Positions 21,540 to 30,776 of a DNA stretch of 64,000 nt are shown piece by piece. Under the pieces are notes generated by a model that saw only the letters and a list, made by a program, of their open reading frames with translations, ran no database searches and was not told the DNA's origin. Origin of the DNA: Sulfolobales archaeon (GTDB taxonomy: Archaea > Thermoproteota > Thermoprotei_A > Sulfolobales > AG1). Numbering within the stretch: position 1 is the first letter of the stretch; every line of letters begins with the position of its first letter. Position numbers and translations under genes: made by a program. Location of the stretch: positions 32,001 through 96,000 of the forward strand of contig JAWBYA010000005.1 of assembly GCA_038867615.1 (NCBI GenBank), written 5' to 3'.

Positions 21540-24500
21540 ATGAAGAATCTTACAAGCTTTTTAGGTCTCATATTTGAAGGAGCCTTTAAGATCGGTTTTA
21601 TGGAGAACAAGCTCCCGAAGGACGAGTATGAGAGGTTTGAGAAGGGCGTTTTCGAGTATATAAAGAGCAGGGCAGGTGATCGTGACCTTGAAGAGATCCT
21701 TAAAGACATAGAGGAAAGCTTTCGGTATTCCATGTATAGAGAGCCTCCGAAGAATCTTAGCGAGCTAAGCAGGCTTTTGAAGCAAAGATATCAGGAAGAG
21801 CAGACTAACGGTACTATAAAGAGAGAGTGGAAAGAGATCTATACCAAACTTATCTTCCTCATAGGATATTGGGGAGGTCTTTTCTATGGCAGGAAGTTCA
21901 AAGACGCAGAGGTGAAGAAATACCATATGGGGGAAGAGTCGGGTTCTGATATAATATGGGGTAATGCTGATCTCGTTTTCATAGAAAAGAATACTCTCCA
22001 CGTGGTGGATTTCAAGCTGGCTGGAGCGATCAGTTCTCTAAGAAGAATGCTCTTGGAAAGAGAAACAGTAATCCCTGTACCGACCTATGGTATCCCAGTA
22101 AACCTATCACTCGGAGAACTGGAGTTCTCGGGGTTTGTTGAAAAACTCCTCTTAGTAGAAGAAAGGCTTAGAGAGACCGAGGATGTATTTATAGAGACAA
22201 AAGGGCTCTTACAAACAACATGCTATGCTGTGGATTTCCTCTGCTCCGAGGAGAGAGATATAGAGGAAGTGAGCCTAGAGCTCTTATACCCAGTCTCCGA
22301 GCCGCTTAACCTGCGGTTTTCCGTAGGCGATAGAGGGAAGCTTAAAGACTATCTAGCGAGGATAAAGGATCTATATAGAGATATAAGGGAGAAAGAAAGT
22401 CTCTACGACAGGATCAGCTACGCAAGCTTATATAGAAAGGATAGGCTGAGAGCCGATATTGAGCGGATTGTGAAGGAAATGAGGAAAAGAGAATCAGAGA
22501 GGATCTCTATAAAAGCGGGCGATATAGCACAGGTTAGAGCTGACGTGAAGAAAAGACTCGAGGACTTTGTGAAGAGGGAGGATGATTGCAAGGCTATAGC
22601 CCTGCTCCACTCCGCGGGAAGTGGAAAGACGAGGAGCGCGAGGGAACTGATCCTCGACTTAGGCGGAAAGCATATAGTTCTTTACATGACAACACGCCTA
22701 CGCATCCTGGAGAGAGAATATAGGGTGTTAGAAAAACATTCTGAAGAGACCGAAAAGAGAATAGCGATCGTATACAAGAGAAGAGTAGGCAAAAGCGGGG
22801 GGTTCGTAAAGCACAAGGGCAAGGCTTACGAAGAGGTGGGAGGCAAGCAAGAAGGCATACTTCTATCCACAGTGAAAGAGATAGTAAGGCTTGCCCAAGA
22901 GGGTGAATACGATCAAATATGGGCCTTTACAACCATACAAGCAGTGGTTGAAACAGCCTTTGGCAAAACTTCAAACCACCTTGAAGAGCTCATGAGACCC
23001 ACCATTAAGGAAAGATACAACATCCATATAATCCTCGACGAGTTCCTCGGCTATAAAAACGGCCTCTACGCTGTAATAGAGATGTTAGATTTCGCCAGAA
23101 GATTCAAAGAAGGCGGTGGACGGATAAGCCTTTATCTTTTCGATGCCAACGGCTACTCCCCAGTTATTATGAAGAGACTGCTTGATGAGTACGAGAAATT
23201 CGGAGTATTACCAGAGGCCGTAGTGCTGGGTGAATACCAAGAGGAGCTGAAAACCGTCTACAAAGACATCCCCCTCGAAATATTCGCTAAACATGGCTAT
23301 CCGTCTGGACAGCTCTATCTATATAAGAAGTTCCTGAGGATCTCTAAAGAGAAGGAAAAACCAGAGAAGCTCGCCCAATATATACTAGATACTTTTAAAG
23401 ATAAGAAAAGCACCGCGTTTGCTTTTATACAGGATAAGGAGCTCATAGCAGAGCTATCCCAGATCCTTACAAAGCATAATTTATCCACATTGATAGCAAC
23501 AGCAAGTTCGGAGAAAAGCCAGAAGCAGATAAACGAAGGAGAAGAAGATGTGATACTAGGAACATCGTCTATCTCGAGAGGACTTGATTTTAGCAGGAGC
23601 CACAAGCCGGTGGACTATATATATGTGTTTATCCAGAGCTGGGGAATAGAGGGCAACCTGGTAGAGATACTACAATCCATATCGAGGGCTAGGGGGGATG
23701 AGGAGACCGAGAAGAGGGCAAAGCACGTGCATCTAGTCTATCTCATAAGCGATGAACACACAGACTATAGAGTGGATAACATACTGGCCACGTTAGAGAA
23801 TCCAGATAAGGATATCGTGAGACTTGTATACGAGAAAGAACATCTAGAGAGCTTTCTAGATCTCGACGATATTGTGACCAGGATAATAGAGCAGTTCGTC
23901 TCAAAACCTTCTGACAAGGTTCTCGTACCTATCTCGACACAGCATAGGAGTATATATAGGCCTAACAAGATCTCTGACTTTGAGGGTGTAATGACCTTCC
24001 TTGAAGATGTATATGCTATGGAGAAGAATGATAGAGATATATATAGACTTTTAGAAGAGCTAGGAGGCTCTATCTACACCTACTCCACACTACCCGAGCT
24101 GGGAAGACTCAATAGATTTGACTATTACCACCCCTATATACTTATCGACGAGCACCCAATATACATGGCTATGGTTGAAAAGGAAAAGAGACATGAGATA
24201 AAAAAACTCTTGAGGAAAGTAAGCAATACGCTCAAAAAACATAATAGAGAAAGAACGGAGAACGTGGAGAAGTTCATAGAAGATCTAATAACCCCCGAAG
24301 AGAGTAAAGCCCCTGTACTCATCCCCATATACTCTCTCGTCCTGGTAAAAAACTGGCTAGGACGAGATGAGGGAATAAGTTTCAAGATAAGGAAGAAAGT
24401 TGGAAGGGGACATGCAGAAGTCCTGGGAGGCCATTTAGAGCCGAGAACCCGGTGCTTTGTCGGTGACCGTATAGAGTACGCCTGCATACCCCTGGAAGAG

Positions 24501-24581
24501 GACTACCCATATAGAGAGATCCTTAGCGGGAGGTTCGCCAAATTCCCCGTAAGATTTATAAAGAGCCTCCTGGAGGCGTAG
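21540..24581 (+). CDS. PD-(D/E)XK (RecB/Cas4-like) nuclease fused to an SF2 helicase
   Basis: GNAD144LV...VVD157FK159 and QTTCY nuclease motifs; Walker A HSAGSGK363T; Walker B ILD500EF; motif V GTSSISRGLDF; motif VI QSISRARG. Confidence 0.8.
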   Translation: MKNLTSFLGLIFEGAFKIGFMENKLPKDEYERFEKGVFEYIKSRAGDRDLEEILKDIEESFRYSMYREPPKNLSELSRLLKQRYQEEQTNGTIKREWKEIYTKLIFLIGYWGGLFYGRKFKDAEVKKYHMGEESGSDIIWGNADLVFIEKNTLHVVDFKLAGAISSLRRMLLERETVIPVPTYGIPVNLSLGELEFSGFVEKLLLVEERLRETEDVFIETKGLLQTTCYAVDFLCSEERDIEEVSLELLYPVSEPLNLRFSVGDRGKLKDYLARIKDLYRDIREKESLYDRISYASLYRKDRLRADIERIVKEMRKRESERISIKAGDIAQVRADVKKRLEDFVKREDDCKAIALLHSAGSGKTRSARELILDLGGKHIVLYMTTRLRILEREYRVLEKHSEETEKRIAIVYKRRVGKSGGFVKHKGKAYEEVGGKQEGILLSTVKEIVRLAQEGEYDQIWAFTTIQAVVETAFGKTSNHLEELMRPTIKERYNIHIILDEFLGYKNGLYAVIEMLDFARRFKEGGGRISLYLFDANGYSPVIMKRLLDEYEKFGVLPEAVVLGEYQEELKTVYKDIPLEIFAKHGYPSGQLYLYKKFLRISKEKEKPEKLAQYILDTFKDKKSTAFAFIQDKELIAELSQILTKHNLSTLIATASSEKSQKQINEGEEDVILGTSSISRGLDFSRSHKPVDYIYVFIQSWGIEGNLVEILQSISRARGDEETEKRAKHVHLVYLISDEHTDYRVDNILATLENPDKDIVRLVYEKEHLESFLDLDDIVTRIIEQFVSKPSDKVLVPISTQHRSIYRPNKISDFEGVMTFLEDVYAMEKNDRDIYRLLEELGGSIYTYSTLPELGRLNRFDYYHPYILIDEHPIYMAMVEKEKRHEIKKLLRKVSNTLKKHNRERTENVEKFIEDLITPEESKAPVLIPIYSLVLVKNWLGRDEGISFKIRKKVGRGHAEVLGGHLEPRTRCFVGDRIEYACIPLEEDYPYREILSGRFAKFPVRFIKSLLEA

Positions 24582-24584
24582 AAC

Positions 24585-26930
24585 ATGTACGAAAGCAGGT
24601 TCGTAGAGAAGGATGAGAGGCTCGATCTGTTCGCAAGAGGGGAGCATGTGGGAAGTGACTTTATCTATGCTGGTATGTTCCACAACTACCAGGACGGATT
24701 CCTACAGAGCCTTGCTAACTATTTCTATAGACTCCTGAAGGGAGAAGATCCCGATAGGGTAGGAAACGAGCTGAGAGAATTCCTCTCAAATAGCAGAAAA
24801 GCTATTGGCGGGAATGCCATATACCGTAAAAAAGAAGTCTTAGAGCTAGGAGGCCCTTTCTCTATCTATAAAGGCGATAGAGAAGCAGGTTTCCCGAGAT
24901 ATAAAGAGAACTCGAGCTTCAAGATCTTCGAGCTTAAGGTAGGCACACCATCCGATATGGATAAAAAATCCGGGCTCGTGTTTCTAAAGATAAAGGGCTA
25001 TGAAGATAAGAAGCTCGACCAGAAGGTAGTGTTATCTGCAAGAAGAGACCTTCTAGACGAATGGATCCGCCTCACAGATGATAATAATGTGAGGAGCTAC
25101 CTAGAAGAGGTCAGGGAGGTATATAAGATCCTAGAGGGGTTCCCACTACGAAGAAACGAGCCTCTATCGAAACTTGCTTTTTACCTCTTCCCAATAGAGC
25201 TAAGCAGTTTTGAAAACATCACTATTGTCTCAAAGGTAAGCCTCTATAAGAGGAGGATAGAAACTAGGACAGGTCTATGGGAGGATATAATGAAAAACCT
25301 GAGTAAAGAAGATAGAAAAGATCTCGAATTCTCGCTGGAAAAGCATGGAAAAACACTGGATCATCTGAAACGCCTTCTAGATGAAGCACTATTACCGAAA
25401 AATCTCGACCTTCTTCGCAAAGACTGGAAAAAAGTTATAAAGAAATTCCTGAGAGGCGAAAGTAACAAGATCGAAGCGGTGTTCGTAGGCAAAGCTCCCC
25501 AGGAGGATAAGCACCCTCAACTCTCCTTTGGAAGATATAGAGTCCCTAGCGCTGATCTAGAGCTCTCAGTGTTTGTTGAGAAGGATTTCCAGATGGGGAG
25601 TTATGATAGTGATGGTATAGCGAAGATGCTGAGCACCGCTTTCTCAGGCTTCAAGTTCCTTGGAAATGTGAGGGTGAGGATAAACACAGAGAAAATAAAT
25701 AACCTAGAGTCGTTATTCGGCGGCGAGGATCTCTTTAGGCTTATAAGAGGAGATCACGCGCCAAAGAATATTAATAGGCTAGAGAATACCGACTCTATTA
25801 ACCTCATACATTCCCTTTGTTACTTCTCAACAAAGATCCTTAGCCTGGCGGGGAAGATAAAAGAGGAAGAACATAGGGGGAGATTCCATGGAGCACTCTT
25901 GATCCTCAATACCGAGTTGAAAGAGGAAGAGAGATATCTTCTCTGGGATGCTGTGAGGCTAATATATAGCTACTTTGGAGTCCCGATCCAGACCGTGACA
26001 AAAAGATCTCTTAGAGCTATGCTAGATAACGAAAAACGTAACGCTGTGATCAAGAATCTCCTTATAAGCCTCTACAAAGACACCAAAACCCTGGAGATCC
26101 ATTTTAGCAACCTCAGACTCCCGAAAGACGTCGTGGTCTATGCAGTTATAGAGAAACCGTCTTCCAGCTTTTTCTACCGGAAAGGCGAGAAAAGCGATAG
26201 AGCAAGACACTATCTCTATGAGATCTATAGGATAGAGATAAAGGATAAATACGCGACAGTGGAACTCGAGAAAAAAATCTTCGAACTATGGGGGGCAGAA
26301 TACTCTGAAATAGAGATGTGGCTGAAGCGCAATATGGAGCACAAGAACACCAGGTTCTGCTTAATAACAGCCTTGAGAGACTCTAGGCTTTGCAAACTAT
26401 ACGATGAGTTGGTGAACGCGGAATCCAAGGATAGGTTTTTAGTGATAAGATATGATGAGCTAAAAACAGCATATTTCTCTGAAAAGACTGAGAAGGATTG
26501 CTATATCATATACACAGAGGAGTTGGAGAAGCTTATAGAGAGACTGGGGATAAAGCTACAAGGTAGTGAAAGAAAAGCAGTCCTGGCCATAAAGCCCGCC
26601 CATATAAAGGCTATAGAAGACGTGGATGAGGAGCTATACCACCCATCCCTCCAGCTCTTTTTCACCGAAAGAATAGGCTGGGAGAGAGACGAGACATACT
26701 CGGAGAGAAAGGATCTCTTTATCTTTACAGTGCTCGCCCTCTCTATGTTTGAGAGCGAATCTTTCCAAACACCATATAGCAAGCTCGACATATGGGAAAA
26801 GACAAGGGACATCCATCTAGCTATACAGAGAGATCATAAAGAGTATATCTTCGCCCTAATACCAACGCTATACGAGATGATAAACTTCATAAAAGATATG
26901 CCAAGACCCCCGACAGAGCCGAGAAGCTAG
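24585..26930 (+). CDS. Divergent long prokaryotic Argonaute/PIWI-like protein
   Basis: P311QLSFG (L2 'PxLxF'), MID-like G465VPIQTV...N491LLISLYK498, PIWI-like strand VVVYAVIE523 and CLITALR598D599SR, C-terminal helix plus TP pattern; 781 aa; GGAGG SD at 24572-24576, 3 nt after the helicase stop. Confidence 0.62.
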   Translation: MYESRFVEKDERLDLFARGEHVGSDFIYAGMFHNYQDGFLQSLANYFYRLLKGEDPDRVGNELREFLSNSRKAIGGNAIYRKKEVLELGGPFSIYKGDREAGFPRYKENSSFKIFELKVGTPSDMDKKSGLVFLKIKGYEDKKLDQKVVLSARRDLLDEWIRLTDDNNVRSYLEEVREVYKILEGFPLRRNEPLSKLAFYLFPIELSSFENITIVSKVSLYKRRIETRTGLWEDIMKNLSKEDRKDLEFSLEKHGKTLDHLKRLLDEALLPKNLDLLRKDWKKVIKKFLRGESNKIEAVFVGKAPQEDKHPQLSFGRYRVPSADLELSVFVEKDFQMGSYDSDGIAKMLSTAFSGFKFLGNVRVRINTEKINNLESLFGGEDLFRLIRGDHAPKNINRLENTDSINLIHSLCYFSTKILSLAGKIKEEEHRGRFHGALLILNTELKEEERYLLWDAVRLIYSYFGVPIQTVTKRSLRAMLDNEKRNAVIKNLLISLYKDTKTLEIHFSNLRLPKDVVVYAVIEKPSSSFFYRKGEKSDRARHYLYEIYRIEIKDKYATVELEKKIFELWGAEYSEIEMWLKRNMEHKNTRFCLITALRDSRLCKLYDELVNAESKDRFLVIRYDELKTAYFSEKTEKDCYIIYTEELEKLIERLGIKLQGSERKAVLAIKPAHIKAIEDVDEELYHPSLQLFFTERIGWERDETYSERKDLFIFTVLALSMFESESFQTPYSKLDIWEKTRDIHLAIQRDHKEYIFALIPTLYEMINFIKDMPRPPTEPRS

Positions 26931-27149
26931 ATCATGAGGCGTGAACGGAATCAACCAACACTAGCGGGAACATGAACCTGTCTAACATATCCTATCCTAG
27001 TTCTAGCATATTGTGAGACTTCTAAGCACTCACAACGGTTATACGCTTATGTCTCGCCCGTTCCAGCGATCTATAGCCCATACAGCCCCCATATAGACCC
27101 ATGGAGAAATAGTCTAGAGCAACATAGGATGCCACGCTACATTGCTCTC

Positions 27150-28589
27150 CTAACCCTCCTTGGGCTTGGCGGAGATGTCGATAAGTCCTCCTACGATATC
27201 TGCACCGATTCTCAGTGTTCCTTTAGGGCTCTTCACCCTGGCTAGAGCTTCATCTATATCGATCCTAGCAAGCCCTCCTGTTCTTGAGATACTGCTCTCA
27301 ACCTTGATCGTTTTAGGAACTCTTGCCTTCAGATCCAGTATTCCTCCGGAGACATCGAGGTCTATCGATGATTCTCCCTCGAACTCGCCGTATGATAGAT
27401 CGAGCACTATTCTGCCACCACTGATCTCTAGCTCAACGCTAGATGCCCTCATATCTGTCGATGATATATTGGCAACCGAGCCCGTGAGATGACATGCCAT
27501 TCTCTTAACCCCGCTGAGGCTTATATCGATATACCCTCCACTCGCATCTAGATCCAGTGCTTCCAACCCGGTCTTAGGGGCTTCTATGACTGCCTCGCAT
27601 CCCGAGAGATCTATGCTTAGCTCTCCATCATCTAGATCTAGATCGTATTCGCACTTACTCCTCCACCCACCCCTCTCGTATATAGTCACCGCGGCATCGC
27701 TTCTATCGCTCGGGCTAATCCTAGCTATGCCCCCGCTCATATCTATCGATATGCTTTTAACGTTGGGGAAAGACTCTTTCAGGAGTAGAGCGCCCCGCTG
27801 CCCGAGATCCTTATCCTCAATAGATCTTAGTATCGGTGCTAGGCTCTTCATAACGTTGGAGACAGCGTTAGAGACTATGCTGGAGATAAATGCGCCTAGA
27901 GAGCCTAGAAAGGGGCTTAGTATAGCAGCATGCCCCCCACCCTCCTTTCTATCCTTGCTAGTGATCCAGAACACATCTCTACTCTTAAGCTGGGCTATCG
28001 GCAAGATCTTATCGGGTACTCTTAACGTGAACACGTCTCTTATACTCTCCACAACCTCGTCAAACAACTCTGGCTCAACATCATCGCCTACTTTAACCTC
28101 GAATACATCGGTTATGATTAGCCTCCTCCCCTGAACCCTGATCCTCTCAAGCATCTCTCTATTCACGGTGAGCGAGAACATATCGCTTATAATCACAGGT
28201 GTACCAGGCGTACCAGGTGTAACCCGATCCCGGGGCTCGGCAGGCTTAGCCACGCCCGGGGTTTCAACTATCCTTTCAGAAGACCTCTTCTCCTCATCCC
28301 GCTTTATACTCTGCTTACCAGCACCTTTTATAATACTATAGGCCCTCCATCCAAGCTCTGTTAGCTCGTAAACACCTTTCTCGTTCTTCCTTATAAAACC
28401 AGCCATTCTTCTTAGATGAAACGTCATTGTACCAGTATCGCTCACCCCAGCATCATCCATAAGCTCTGTAAAGCTCCTGGGACCCTTCTCAGCTATGCTC
28501 TCAATTATCTTCCTCCTAATCCTGTGACTCGCTACCAGAAAGATCCTATCGATATCCTCATCTCCACTATACTCCTCCTCACCCACCAC
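27150..28589 (-). CDS. ArsR-type winged-helix regulator fused to a DUF4097/adhesin-like beta-repeat domain
   Basis: ASHRIRRKII...SFTELM...TMTFHLRRM...YELTELG wHTH; C-terminal repeated hxhDhSGG units. Confidence 0.75.
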   Translation of the reverse strand: MVGEEEYSGDEDIDRIFLVASHRIRRKIIESIAEKGPRSFTELMDDAGVSDTGTMTFHLRRMAGFIRKNEKGVYELTELGWRAYSIIKGAGKQSIKRDEEKRSSERIVETPGVAKPAEPRDRVTPGTPGTPVIISDMFSLTVNREMLERIRVQGRRLIITDVFEVKVGDDVEPELFDEVVESIRDVFTLRVPDKILPIAQLKSRDVFWITSKDRKEGGGHAAILSPFLGSLGAFISSIVSNAVSNVMKSLAPILRSIEDKDLGQRGALLLKESFPNVKSISIDMSGGIARISPSDRSDAAVTIYERGGWRSKCEYDLDLDDGELSIDLSGCEAVIEAPKTGLEALDLDASGGYIDISLSGVKRMACHLTGSVANISSTDMRASSVELEISGGRIVLDLSYGEFEGESSIDLDVSGGILDLKARVPKTIKVESSISRTGGLARIDIDEALARVKSPKGTLRIGADIVGGLIDISAKPKEG

Positions 28590-28612
28590 GATCCCCTAAT
28601 CATCATGAGCGA

Positions 28613-28705
28613 CTCGTCATGAATATACCTTTTGACGAGACCCCTCATCAAAAATCCCGGAGAGTTTGACGAGACCACCCAACCTATGGGTTTATAGGTG
28701 ACGAG
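28613..28705. promoter_or_regulatory. Candidate operator array (TGACGAG repeats) in a divergent promoter
   Basis: CTCGTCA 28613-28619 / TGACGAG 28633-28639 inverted pair; CTCATCA 28644-28650 / TGACGAG 28667-28673; a further TGACGAG at 28699-28705. Confidence 0.5.
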
Positions 28706-28729
28706 CCTCTCCACACAACAACGGGGGCT

Positions 28730-29635
28730 GTGTTGGGATCCGGGGATGCTGTTATAGCCGAGGGTCTTGCGAAACAATACCCCGGCGGTGTTTGGGGGGC
28801 TAAGAGTGTGAGCTTCTCCTCAAACTATGGTGAACTGATCGTTATCCTAGGCCCCAACGGGGCTGGGAAGACTACCACTATAAACATGCTCACAACACTG
28901 ATCAAGCCCAGCAGTGGTAGGGGTCTTGTTGGTGGATATGATATCGTGGGTGAGCGTGATAAGGTGAGGAGGATCGTGGCCCTCATGCCACAAGACGCTA
29001 GTATGAGTAGTGATTGGACACCCTATGAGGCTGTCAAATGGTATCTCGTCGCAAGAGGCTTCAGTATCAGTGATGCTGGGAGGGAGGCTAGGATCTGGCT
29101 TGAAGAGATGGATCTATACGATGCTAGGAATAGACTCGGATGGTGGCTCAGTGGTGGTCAGAGGAAAAGGGTTCTCGCAGCTATGGTGCTCGCAACAAGA
29201 GCCCCAGTGATCTTTCTCGACGAGCCTACAAGTGGTGTTGATGTTGAGGGCAAGTATAAGGTTTGGAGCGCGATTAGAAGGGCCTGTAGAGATGCTAGGG
29301 CTGTGATATATACTACCCATGATATGAGGGAGGCTGAGCTTGTTGCTGATAAGGTTGTCATGATCGGTGAGGGTAGAACTATAGTTATTGGAAAACCAAA
29401 AGATCTAGTAGAGGGACTACCATTTAAATATAAGATTGTCTTGAGGGGTAAGGCTAACCATCCAGAGGGCTCGGTTGCAGAGCTGAGTGTGGGGGATATC
29501 ATGATAACATATTATAGGGATAGGAGCGATGCTATAAGAGCCCTGGATTCGATAGAGACTAGCGCCTCTATAGAGCCTGTATCGCTGGAGGATGCTTATC
29601 TATACTATGTAAAGATGAGGGGTGGGGGTAGATGA
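28730..29635 (+). CDS. ABC transporter ATP-binding protein (DrrA-like exporter)
   Basis: GPNGAGKTT, LSGGQ, FLDEPT, TTH. Confidence 0.92.
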   Translation: MLGSGDAVIAEGLAKQYPGGVWGAKSVSFSSNYGELIVILGPNGAGKTTTINMLTTLIKPSSGRGLVGGYDIVGERDKVRRIVALMPQDASMSSDWTPYEAVKWYLVARGFSISDAGREARIWLEEMDLYDARNRLGWWLSGGQRKRVLAAMVLATRAPVIFLDEPTSGVDVEGKYKVWSAIRRACRDARAVIYTTHDMREAELVADKVVMIGEGRTIVIGKPKDLVEGLPFKYKIVLRGKANHPEGSVAELSVGDIMITYYRDRSDAIRALDSIETSASIEPVSLEDAYLYYVKMRGGGR

Positions 29636-30363
29636 GCCCAATAGCGTTTCTAAGAGGAGTAATAGGTGTAGCTAGGCTTGAGGGCGCGTGGATTGTTAGA
29701 CAACCCTCATGGATGATCCAGGTAATATTGATCATGACGGGCTTCGTAGTACTCCTCTGGGCCTGGGGAGGTGTGAAGGGTCTGGGGTATATGATATCGG
29801 GCTGGATGATCGCCAGTGCTTTCTCCACAGGCGTAAACATAATGGGACAGATCGTTGGGTGGGGTAGGGTTACTAGGATTATTGATCTCTTCATAGTATC
29901 CCCCATAACCCCTATAGCCTACTTCACAGGCTCGCTGATCGGCAGCCTCGCTATATTCCTAGTAGACGTAACGATCTTCACATCAATAGGGCTCTTAACA
30001 GACTATCTCTCCCTAGTAATCTATAGCTTGATCGCCTCATTATTAGTGCTCCCAATAGGTGTTCTTCTAGGACTCTCAATAGTGTTTCGGGTGAAGAAGC
30101 CGACAAATATAAGCGCTATAACAAACCCCGTAGCCTCCATAATATCCTTCCTACCACCGGTCCTCTACCCAGCATCAATCCTGCCAGAGCCTTTGAATGT
30201 AATAGCATGCCTAGCACCAACAGCAGCCGGGGCTGAGCTTGCAAGAACTCTCAGCGGTCTCGGCTCTCCACTAGATCCCTTACTACTAACCGCTATATTG
30301 CTAGCATGGATAGCCATCCTGATCATACTATCCCGAAGGATCATCCTATGGTCTCTAGAATAA
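29632..30363 (+). CDS. ABC-2 type permease
   Basis: ATGA overlap with the ATPase gene, about 6 TM helices, PVLYPASILP motif. Confidence 0.85.
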   Translation: MSPIAFLRGVIGVARLEGAWIVRQPSWMIQVILIMTGFVVLLWAWGGVKGLGYMISGWMIASAFSTGVNIMGQIVGWGRVTRIIDLFIVSPITPIAYFTGSLIGSLAIFLVDVTIFTSIGLLTDYLSLVIYSLIASLLVLPIGVLLGLSIVFRVKKPTNISAITNPVASIISFLPPVLYPASILPEPLNVIACLAPTAAGAELARTLSGLGSPLDPLLLTAILLAWIAILIILSRRIILWSLE

Positions 30364-30410
30364 AACGCGAACCAGAAACAGAGATATAGACCCAAATAGC
30401 AATAATACAT

Positions 30411-30465
30411 AGATGAGGAGTTTTTCGGGGACCCGAGCGGTGAGGAAGCGGTTATCCACCGACTG
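30411..30465 (+). ncRNA. Box C/D methylation guide sRNA
   Basis: C ATGAGGA 30413-19, 13-nt guide, D' CCGA 30433-36, C' GTGAGGA 30440-46, 12-nt guide AGCGGTTATCCA, D CCGA 30459-62; canonical archaeal spacing; intergenic. Confidence 0.75.
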
Positions 30466-30776
30466 CAAAGCAACCCTATCAAAGGTTAAATACCCCACCC
30501 ATGGGCAAACCCACGGTGGGAGAAAAGAAAAATAGCTCTATATATGAGGTGTCATCAAAAATCCCCAAACACTCCAATAATGCGCATATCATCAACCTCG
30601 CACGTATCACTCTAGTCTATTAATGGAATAAACCCCTACACAGCTGGTAAATAACACTACCCTAGATAGAGATCCGCGACCAAGTCCTATTTAGCTGACA
30701 ATGGTATAATCCCTAGTCGGGGGCTAGGTTAAAAACAACCAAGGATCCCAGAGATGCCCTTCTAGGCGATATAGCA

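Noticed and set aside
21540-24581. Cas3 or a type I/III restriction subunit
   Set aside because: No HD domain, no cas genes or array, and no methyltransferase or specificity gene nearby; the nuclease is PD-(D/E)XK type and the partner looks PIWI-like
21115-27149. att sites or target-site duplication around the helicase/Argonaute insert
   Set aside because: Only short chance matches (e.g. ATGAACC at about 21381 and 26972); no tRNA or integrase
27160-28134. Long plus-strand ORFs 27160..27492 and 27586..28134, and similar antisense ORFs elsewhere
   Set aside because: Ser/Leu-rich antisense shadows of well-supported genes on the opposite strand
30540-30600. Second C/D sRNA on the minus strand (two TTGATGA boxes)
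   Set aside because: No CTGA/CCGA D or D' boxes at the required spacing
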